The position numbers and the translations under genes were made by a program. From assembly GCF_003704095.1 (NCBI RefSeq), contig NW_020846678.1, positions 1-64,000 on the forward strand: a DNA stretch of 64,000 nucleotides, given 5' to 3'. Shown here in pieces: positions 40,101-49,175 of this stretch. A model generated the notes under the pieces. That model searched no databases. It saw nothing but the letters and a program-made list of their open reading frames with translations, and had not been told where the DNA came from. This stretch comes from Pocillopora damicornis. Its lineage: Eukaryota. How positions within the stretch are numbered: position 1 is the stretch's first letter; the number at the start of each line of letters is the position of its first letter.

Positions 40101-40582
40101 TAATAGTTTTGTTGCCCCTATGGTTAATGAATTTTAACTTACTAGATGATTCAAGAAAAAGAAGTAGAATTTAGCTATGGCATATCTATGAGAGTGGTTC
40201 TTCATGCAGAGAATTTGGAATTATTATGACAATTTTTTTTGAGGATGGCAAGAACCAACAATTTACTTGACCCAGATATAATACAAAATTCTCATAACTT
40301 ATCTATGTAGAACATTGGTATTTACACATTAACTAACAGAAATTATTCATAATTATTTGCCAGGCATACAATGCTAAACAGTTGGCTGACTGGTGTCTTC
40401 ATTTCATTTCAACCAACTTCTCAGTCTTTGAATCCACTGAAGAGTTTGAGCTTCTTCAAGGGGAAAACAGGAAACATGTGATTCAACATAGATGGCCTCC
40501 TCTTGCCTATTTACAAGCACTAGAAGAATTTGAACAAAAAGCCCCGCAATCTAAGCTTACTTCCAAGTGTAAAATGATGTGA
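37143..40582 (+). CDS. RhoBTB/RacA-like protein: Rho GTPase, two BTB domains, C-terminal domain and CaaX
   Basis: In-phase exons 37143-37510, 38011-38273, 38612-39312, 39820-40059, 40364-40582. GDGGVGKS, YVPTVFDNY, WDTAGQEDYDRLR, TKTD; Pro-rich linker FPPQLPP; BTB motifs ADVRF..AHRTVL..FLYTG and ADVKF..GHKLIL..LEYLYTD; HRWPP; ends CKMM. Confidence 0.9.
39412..39623. mobile_element. piggyBac-type MITE, subfamily C
   Basis: TTAA-CCCTATACACCCTAA ... TTAGGGGTTAAAGGG; related copies near 3137, 9610, 12724, 53483. Confidence 0.75.
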
Positions 40583-40719
40583 AATATATGCTACCAGTAA
40601 ATCCAAGCAATATATTGGAAAATGATCTTGTAACTGGACTAAAAGAATTAGAAACTATGTGGATGAACCTTTAATTTATATAGTCTTTTACTAGTGTCTA
40701 TATTGTAAGGTAAAGGAAG

Positions 40720-41005
40720 CTATCAAGTCAAAAGGCTCATACTGCTAATGCTTATCCAGTTTTCAGTACAAACAATTCAAGGTATGGAAACTCCACCTTG
40801 CCCCCTCTCCCCCTCCCTCTTCCTTGGCTGGATGTCATTCCATTACAAAGTTTCTTTGGAATCAATGATTTTACAGTTATCTTTGACAGTTGAACACCTG
40901 GGTGGAGAGTGGCACTGTTAAATTATTAGAGTATCTTACTTAAAAACTCAAAACAATGGCATGGCTAGGGTTTGAACATGGCCTTTCTGATTCAGAGTCT
41001 AGTAC
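40720..41005 (-). mobile_element. degenerate SINE fragment
   Basis: cacctgggtggagagtggcactgt...agagtatctt...ctagggtttgaac is the reverse complement of a motif also seen at about 14400-14520 and 15090-15180 (caagacactt...cacagtgcctctc). Confidence 0.45.
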
Positions 41006-41468
41006 CTTTTAAAAGTAATTAGCCAGCAGGTCTCAAATGGATGGCTGCTTGAAATGAACCAAAAATTATGGTTAAAAAAAGAAAAGAAAATTGCAACCAT
41101 GGCTAACATGTTTGTTTCTAAAGATACCTTTAATTAAATATGACTATGGCTTGTATAAGTATGTTTATGATGCAAGTTCCTTCCCCTCTCTAAGATCAAG
41201 CATCTCTAGACACCATCCTGGAATACATGAATGATTATTTAAGTAAAATATTGAAAGAGTACAACAGTAAAGTGATTAAAAAAAATAATGTTATAATTGT
41301 TTTATATTGCAGAGAAGCAGAGCATGCTGCATTATCTTTAACAAAAGTATTGAAACTTGCTCTGATAAGAGCTCTTATGAATAACAGAAACCTAATCCCA
41401 TCTTTTTTATCATCAAAAATTATGACTGCATTGGTTTTCACAGTTTACACTGTGAATTCTTGGATCTG

Positions 41469-42968
41469 TTATTTAACAGAGTTCAGCATTATTTCCTTAA
41501 AGAGTTCTAAATCCATCTTTGTAATTAATCGTACATTAACAGGTTTTTGTAGCATTTGCCGCCAATCAATCACCATCTGTCCTCGTGTCAATCCCTCCTT
41601 GAGTTCCACTGTGGCATGAACTGAGGTTTCTTCTTGAACAAACTTTGGTTGTAGAGCTGCACACAATGCAAATGGATCACAAGATATAAATTCACCATTC
41701 ATTTTCTCTTCATATTCTTTAATCTTTGTTGAAATCTTCCTCATGAATTCTGCTCGTTTGGTACCAGCTCCCACATATTGCTCAAAAAACTCCCAATCCA
41801 AAGGGTGCTCTAAACAGGTCTCCCATGATACAAGGGAAATTGGACATTTAAACTGATTAAGGAGAATGTAGGCTGCTTCAGGGTCAGCACCAAAGTTGAA
41901 TTCTGCTGAAACCCAATGATTTCCTTTGCCATGAATGCATCCTCCTAGTATAAATACCTCTTTGACCTTTTTCGTAAATTCAGCATCAAAGTTAGAAGCC
42001 AAAGCAATGTTGGTCAAAGGGCCAAGAGCAATGATGACAATTTCGCCAGGGTTCTCATTCACAAGTTGGACTAAGGCCTGAGCAGCATGGGTTTGTTGAA
42101 GAAGACTTGTATCTGGGTCTTTAATATCAGTGGCATCTCCAAGGCCATCAAATCCATGGTATAATGGTTGCTCATAGGCGATTCCTAACGTTGAAACACA
42201 TAAGTCATGTTTAATTAATTGTTTGTAGACAATGAATCTGGATGAATTGGAACAAGCGAGTGATGTTGCATATTAACACAAAAGAGCCCCTCAATTCATT
42301 AATTACGTCAGCTGAAGTACTTATGCAAACTGTCCTTAAAACTTCCTTTACTGTTGCAATCTCGTAAAATTATGAGGCCCCACACTGTTGGGAAGGGCTT
42401 GCACTTTGAGATCCCAGGTTGGAATGGAGATTTGAATTTCTCCGTAAAAACTGTAAAGCTCAGAGTCTCATTATTCTACGAGTTTCAACGGATTTCCACG
42501 AAAATGCCTTAATATTTATCAAACTGAACATAGCTGATCGTATTATGCCATAGGGTTGATTTTTTCTTTAGGTTTAAGTGAAAAGTCGGAAAACCGTACC
42601 CATTGAGTTTGAGTGGCCTCTTCTCTAATTGCAGCTCCTCGTAGTTGCAGTGTCTGTCACGGTATTCTTTCTTTCCTTGAATTACACTGTTACCCTCGTT
42701 CGATGACATTCAAAATAAACCAGGGAATTTGGTAAGAATCGGAATTAACCATACCTAGTAAAGATCTGTACGCCCCTTTGTACACTGGTATGTCGGTTCG
42801 CTCGCAGGCCTCAAGGACCTTTAGCACGTTCTTGGTAACTTGATCAACATTCACGTTGCCACATGTACAAGTGATGGCTAAGACGTCAACCTCTTGAGAT
42901 AGCGCTATCATGATAGCTTGGGCATCATCAATACCAGCATCACAGTCAATTATAATCTTCATTTTCAT
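41469..42968 (-). CDS. nucleoside hydrolase (IU-NH superfamily), copy 2
   Basis: Exon 42968-42755 (IIDCDAGIDDA) plus exon 42184-41469 (YHGFDGLGD, LGPLTNIA, AEFNF, SCDP, TRGQMVID). Intron in the same position and phase as copy 1. Confidence 0.93.
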
Positions 42969-43272
42969 GTTTTCTTACCAAAGGGAACCTTTCTTTCCTC
43001 AGAAGAGGAGCTTAAGAGACTGGGGCAAGGGTAGCCGTATGTGTTGAGGCGTGGGGCGGGTGGGTATGTCCCGCGGAACGGCCTCTAGACCTTCTTGCAC
43101 TCTTCAGTCTTCATCGATTATTTAATGCTACAATTTCCTTAATTTTTAAAACTAAAAAAGAAGGAAGTGTGCATAATTTTTGGGAACACCGTTAAAACCA
43201 GTTTTTCGGTGTGGTCGTACTAAGATACGAGAGGCAAAGATTTTAAGGGGAGTAGGGTAAGTGAGAACCAGA

Positions 43273-43296
43273 CACGTGCGACACAAATATGGCGGC
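43273..43296 (+). promoter_or_regulatory. E-box (CACGTG) and YY1-like motif (AAATATGGCGGC) in the hydrolase-2/NB-ARC divergent interval
   Basis: Motif matches at 43273-43278 and 43285-43296. Confidence 0.35.
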
Positions 43297-43432
43297 TGCC
43301 TGTAAATCAAAATTGTTGTGTGGTTGTTTCTTCTATAGTTCCGGTTGAAGGAACTGTTTGGTTACAATCATAGAAAATTGTGAGAAAACTCCCCACGGGT
43401 AGCATTCAAGTCAATCGAATGATATTTTTAGG

Positions 43433-45473
43433 ATGTATTCACGTCCTTTGAGCTTGCAAATGACGCGCTGTTTGCGCGCAGTAACTGGTTACTCTGGGAC
43501 ACGAAGGACTCAGGTAAACCTGCAACGAGTTTTCTTAAGGAAACAACCACTTCGCCCGTCTACTACGTTATCTGAAGCAGAAAGAAAGGAAGATTCCAAA
43601 GAAAGCGACGAAGAACCAAAATCCTGGAGAGAAAATCCAACCCTGAAATACTGGGTTCTTGGCTCACTGGGAATCTCTGGCTCTGTTTATTACTACGTTT
43701 ACAGGAATCACGAAAAGAAACGATTGCAAGTAAAGCATTTGCCATCAACACCCAGTCATTTCGTACTTTCCCGTGAACGAGATCTCTCCGCGCTTTTTTC
43801 CCTTCATAGTCAGTTGAAGGGAAGGGAATCTTTAACTGTTCTCCATATTGTTGGCTGTCCCGGGTCTGGAAAAACAGAACTTGCTCGGGAATTTGCCGAG
43901 AAACTCTCCAGAGAGGAACAAGAAAGGTACACCTTTCTTCCAGGCAATCTCTTCTTTGGGACTTTAAATGGTGCATCGGTAGAAAGCCTCCTTTTTGACG
44001 TGAAAAGGTTTGCAATTTCTGTTGGTTGTTTTGAGAGTGATTGGACATCGAAAGCAGGTGAAGGGGTTAATTTCTCCAGTCTGTCCAAGGAAGCGCAGCT
44101 AGACTGCCTTGTTGATGCTGTTAGGGAAAAACTTAAAAACAGCCAAGGCTGGATTCTAATTTTGGAAAATGTTAAAGATAACGAAGCTATGTACCGCTGG
44201 TTTTCTGCAAATTCATCAAAAAATTGGGGTAATGGAACAGTTCTCCTCACAAGAGATGGCCATGTTGACAGTGATGCAATGATCAACAATACTTACAGTA
44301 TTGATGAAGGGTAAGAGCATTTGCATGACTTTTTGCATACCATGGGAAAAAAATCATTTTAACACTTAGACTCCCAAAGGTGATTAACATACAACTTATC
44401 TCCATGATATCTATACATGGTCCAGCAAACAGATAATGAGAATACCCATACTTATCAGGTAGAAGTTGTCATCTTGACCTAACTCCAAATTCTTATTACT
44501 ACTCTACAATAGAGGGGAGAATTATCAATCAGATCTTAGGGTCAATCTAGATGGTTTATTTTCACACACTTTTTAAAATATATTTTGGTAATGAGCATCT
44601 CTCTAAAGCAGTAGTACTTAAAATTTCCAAAACTAGGGGTTTTCGTAAAATTGTAAGTCTGCATGCTATTTTAGTCCCAAACAAATCTGACTCTACTTTT
44701 GTCAATGTTTGCTACTGAATCACAACTGGCATTATTTTGCTTGTGAGTACAGCAATGTGATCATTCTGTCTCAATCATTTTCTTTCTTTCTTTTAGATTG
44801 CCTATGGATGATGGGATAGAACTTCTTTCAAAGTTGAGTGGATTGGAAGGAAACAAGATGACTGCTGCAAAAGACATTGTAACAATTCTAAAGGGGATTC
44901 CTCTGGCTCTCACATGTGCTGGTCATCACATGCAATCAAAAGTGCTGAAAAATCCCAACTATTCCAGTTTAGACTTTTTAAGTGAGTTTAAATCAGAGCT
45001 TCAGAACTTCACAAAGGCTAATGGGGAGATGGCATTAAGCCCCACATATGTCATGGTTAGCATGGAAACAAAAAGCCTTGTGCAGGAAAACTTCCATCTT
45101 CTTCATGCTTTTGATTTTCTGGCAACCTGTACACCTAATTGGCCAATACCAGTGAGCCTCATTGCTCTACATCTGAGGTCACCAGATTTTAATCTACCCC
45201 CTGTGGAAGGCAGTGGACCTGCTCTGCCAAGCCAAAAACCCACTGAGGCTGAACAAGGGAATAGCTCAGAACAAGAGGTAGAAGAGATGTTCCTATCAAT
45301 CAAGAAACTGGCCAAGAACTTGGAGAACTTTATAACAGCAGTAAAAGATAACATTGATGCTATCAGAGCCATGCTTAACCCTGTACTGCCTGATATGCCA
45401 CAAATGTTGGACGGAAATGTGGAGATGTTAAAAGCTTGTCCATTAGTTTCTGTTAGAAGAATGGAGCCCATGG
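43433..45473 (+). CDS. NB-ARC-like STAND P-loop NTPase with N-terminal presequence-like region and TM helix; 3' end lost in gap
   Basis: Exons 43433-44310 (GG|gtaag) and 44797-45473 (G|gtaag). Walker A GCPGSGKT, Walker B-like WILILENV, RNBS-B-like GTVLLTR, GxP motif LKGIPLAL, winged-helix-like LATCTPNWPIPVSLI. Followed by gap 45493-45592. Confidence 0.8.
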
Positions 45474-45910
45474 GTAAGAAAACTGTTTTTTTNNNNNNNN
45501 NNNNNNNNNNNNNNNNNNNNNNNNNNNNNNNNNNNNNNNNNNNNNNNNNNNNNNNNNNNNNNNNNNNNNNNNNNNNNNNNNNNNNNNNNNNNAAACGAGA
45601 CGATCTTGAAGATTTGGTCCAAACCGTTAAAAAACTACGGAAGATCGAAAAGAGAACGTTTCACTCAGATAGGTTTGCTCATTTTGGACAAATGTTAAGA
45701 TAATGAATTTGCCACGGTTTAATAATGAGGACATGCTTTTGACAAACTTTGAACTGACTTGGACGAGTTATGAAGTTCCAAACTTTACCCATCATTACCT
45801 TAGCTCTGGTGACTGTCATAACTCTGGAATTACAGAGTTTACGATTTTAAATAACATTTTTGATCATAGTCAGTGTAACAAAGTTTTGCACTGCCCATTT
45901 TTTTGCTTTC

Positions 45911-46158
45911 TAGAATACGAGCAGTCGCTGCTTTTCGGCGAGATCCGTCCCGGAGTCAAAAAAAAAAGGAAGGAATTAATAATAAGAAGAAGAGGAAGGG
46001 CGCACGTGAGGCGCCTCACCCCTCACCCCTCACCCCTCACCCTAAGAGTTTCGCGTGGCGAGCTTACATTCACTTTTTTCACCGTTTTTTTTTGTTTTGT
46101 TTTTTTTTTTTACTAAAGCATAGGACTTCGCCGAAAAGGAGGGACTGCTCGTACTCTG
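45911..46158. mobile_element. MITE with tacgagcagtc terminal inverted repeats
   Basis: tagaatacgagcagtc...ttttcggcga / tcgccgaaaa...gactgctcgtactct; a related end at about 48250-48268. Confidence 0.65.
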
Positions 46159-46970
46159 CGTTTTTTCGCTTGGGTTGTGTTGGGACTTCATACCGTTGTG
46201 ATTGATTGTATCTGATTGGATAAGAGGGTTTTATAGAGTGTTGTAGACCAATCACGGAGCAAAGAAAAGTTAAACCTATGCAATCTCGAGCTCAGATTGC
46301 TTTCGTCGCAATTAAAAGTAGCTCTGTATAAGATGAGTAATTTCGTGGAGTCTAGAGACTCGCATATCAAGCTGAAATATCGAATTCCCTTTGAAGGCCT
46401 TTCTAATCTTTTGGAATCTTCCGATGGCGCATTTTAGCTTTAGGTAATGATGTTTTGGTAACAATGATGCCTGTATTTGGCGCAATTGTTTGTCACAAGA
46501 CGGTGCATGTATTTCGTGCGTATGTTTAAGTCTGGGGATTTTCGTAACTGGAATAGCCTAATAAGGAAGATACCCCACAGCTTTTTTTCTTGATCCTCTT
46601 TTAGCCCCTGAAATAAACCTGAACAAATCATCGAGTTTCCCTGAAAGAAAGTTTCAGAATTCATTTGCATTTTAGGCTGCGCAAGATCTTTCGTGTGAAG
46701 GCTACCCAAGATTTTCCATTTTACTTTTAAACGCATAACGTTTTGAATCGTATGTTTTGTACAATATTGAATACATAATAAAACCACCGCATTGGCAAAT
46801 TCATTAAGCGCTTTATTTGTCTTATGGTACAGTGAGTAACTAAGTGTCGAGAAACTGTGTTTTGAGTGTGTATTTTCCGGATGCGAGATCCGAATATTCT
46901 GCGCCTGTTTTTCGATTGCTTCCTAACTCTCGACCGCATGGCCCCAGAGCATTCAGTCTTTGTCATCTCC

Positions 46971-47876
46971 TTAGACTGGAGCGACTTTGTTACTTCTCCT
47001 TCGAAAAAACTTGCGAGATCTCCCGGTCGTGTGGTCATTTCTTTCTGTTGATGAAGTTTTGTGAGTGACAGAATCGGCAGAGGATGACCGCGGGCTCAAG
47101 CTTCCACGGCTGCTCGGATCGCTGTTGGAATCTTCGGTCGCATTTGGTCTCACCGTTTTCCTTATCTTCTCCATTAGCCGTCCACTTCTAGCGCCTGCCC
47201 TGTCTTCTCGATGCACATATTCCTTCCTCAGTTGCTTTATCTTTAAGCTTTCATTGGCAAGCTGCTCCCTTGGTTTGAGTATCTTGGAATACATCCATTG
47301 CCACTGCGAGGGGCGGGGAGCGGGAAATGAAATTTGACGAGCTCTTCTAGGTGCTGATGATGCCAGATACTCTCTTGCCATGAAACTGTATCCATCATTA
47401 GAATTTTTACCTTGCACTGAATATCTCTCATTTCTCCAGTTTGTGTGACTTTCAACCGGTGCGATTGTATAAGAATCCATATAATCGGTTTCTTGGCCCA
47501 ATCCAGTTATTTCCATGTGTCTGGGAAAACATTTCTTCCCGCGGACCTCCATGGTGCAGGATTCCTCTTGATGCTCGTGTGCATCACTTGTCGTATCACA
47601 ATCGTCTTCTGATTGACTTGATAATGAATCTGATGACCATTCATCATCGGTGCAGGAATAAGACTTAATTTCGATAGTTTCAACGCTGCATGACTCTACC
47701 GCCTCTGCGGTGTCAATGTCCTTCCTTAGCTCCCGCTGAGAATGGGATGAGCCCGTATTTGAAGGGCAGTTGAGATGGATCTCAACCACCGGTGTCTCTT
47801 CTATCTCCTCTTTGATTGTTTTCTCGACTCCAAGGTTCTTGCGATTTACGCAAATCATCGACTGTAAGTTTCCCAT
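46971..47876 (-). CDS. uncharacterised intronless 301-aa, largely disordered protein with N-myristoylation-like start
   Basis: Long uninterrupted ORF in AT-rich DNA. MGNLQS start, Ser/Glu-rich low complexity, ends FFRRRSNKVAPV. Confidence 0.65.
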   Translation of the reverse strand: MGNLQSMICVNRKNLGVEKTIKEEIEETPVVEIHLNCPSNTGSSHSQRELRKDIDTAEAVESCSVETIEIKSYSCTDDEWSSDSLSSQSEDDCDTTSDAHEHQEESCTMEVRGKKCFPRHMEITGLGQETDYMDSYTIAPVESHTNWRNERYSVQGKNSNDGYSFMAREYLASSAPRRARQISFPAPRPSQWQWMYSKILKPREQLANESLKIKQLRKEYVHREDRAGARSGRLMEKIRKTVRPNATEDSNSDPSSRGSLSPRSSSADSVTHKTSSTERNDHTTGRSRKFFRRRSNKVAPV

Positions 47877-48984
47877 CGTGGCGCGATTTGATTCTCACCA
47901 ATTGTGAAACTGTTTGCGTTTTTGCGTTCCTTTGTGACGCGAAGTCATGACGTGCTTTTGACTTTCCTGAGCGCGCACTCCCAGAAAAAATATGACGCAG
48001 CGGACAAATTTCCACCACGCGGATGGGCTCCTCTTTGGGAAAAACATGGTGGAGAGGTTGCTGACAGGTGTATGGAAATAACTTAGACCACCTTAGACCA
48101 CTAACAGTCACTCTGAAAAAAAAGAGTGATGTTAGCACGCCGCGCAGAACTCTAGGGGCTGAGGCACACGAAAAGTAGACTTCTGCGGAGTGCGCTAACA
48201 TCATTTTTTTCCACTGAGTTTTCGGGCACGACGGACGTAAGCGAAACGTAGGGACTGCTCGTAGTCTAATGGTACTTAGGTTGGGTATTTCAGCGACAAG
48301 GGACCCGCACAAACTAAATGAGCATTTTTATATATTGATTTAGTGGAGATTTACTCGAGTCCAGCTCTATATTGCTTTCATATGTTGTAATTGACACTTG
48401 GATAACACATTTTTTACTTTTTTATAAAATTTTACAAATTCTTAATTTTTCATAAAATGTTTAGAGAAGCAATAATACCCACTCCTTCCGAGCTCATTTC
48501 CGCTCCCCGGCGCTCATATCAACGAAGCGTGAGCAAAGTGAAAGAAGAACAAGGAAGGAGCTAGCTGCTGATAGATAAGGAGGTGTTTAGAAGTGGATTG
48601 CTCTGATTGCGAAACTGACGATATTTTCTTGGTTTCTGCCCTATTCATTGACCGTAACTCAGATGGGCAAGTGACTCTTAAAAAAAAAGTGACTCTTAAG
48701 TGGAGTCAACTACTGACATTTTGCGGTGGTTAAAATAAGTGTACACGTTTCGAACAATTAAAATCACGAATAATTATTAAGTAGCCATGCATGAAATACT
48801 TTTAATGAAATAAAAAATTCCGGTTTCCTCTTTATTTAGCAATCGACTTTTTAAAAAAAAAAATTGGGATTGACGTGCCTAAAGAGATTAGCTTCATCCT
48901 ACATCACTTTTTGTAGGGGTATACAATTTTTTCTCGATCATTTTGTAGTCCGATATTGCGAAACTTTACAAAGTAAATATCTTC

Positions 48985-49033
48985 CCGGAAGTTGTCGTTC
49001 TTGGCGCCGCAACGCGCCCATGCCCATATTTGG
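48985..49033 (+). promoter_or_regulatory. ETS site (CCGGAAGT) and CArG box (CCATATTTGG) upstream of NF1
   Basis: Exact consensus matches at 48985-48992 and 49024-49033, about 140-190 bp upstream of the NF1 ATG. Function is untested. Confidence 0.4.
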
Positions 49034-49175
49034 AAAGACTTAGCCAAACGTATTTCCGCTGCTTGGACCTCCTAGCTCAAGACAGCAGTTAACATACTCC
49101 GCAGTTCAGGACGATCGTAAACGATGTGGAAGATAATTGTGGTCACTGTTAAAATCCTTAACATAATTATAAACC

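Noticed and set aside
43289-43432. Upstream ATGGCG as the true NB-ARC start
   Set aside because: The unspliced frame stops after 19 codons, and the obvious splice to 43432 creates TGA. More likely a YY1 motif or uORF.
43563-45471. Antisense ORFs overlapping real exons (also in the GAL3ST, hydrolase and RhoBTB genes)
   Set aside because: Shadow frames of the coding strand with no motifs of their own.
45593-46205. ORFs after the gap as continuation of the NB-ARC gene
   Set aside because: The ORF track simply reads through Ns. The sequence is non-coding or MITE, and the exon ends at donor 45474.
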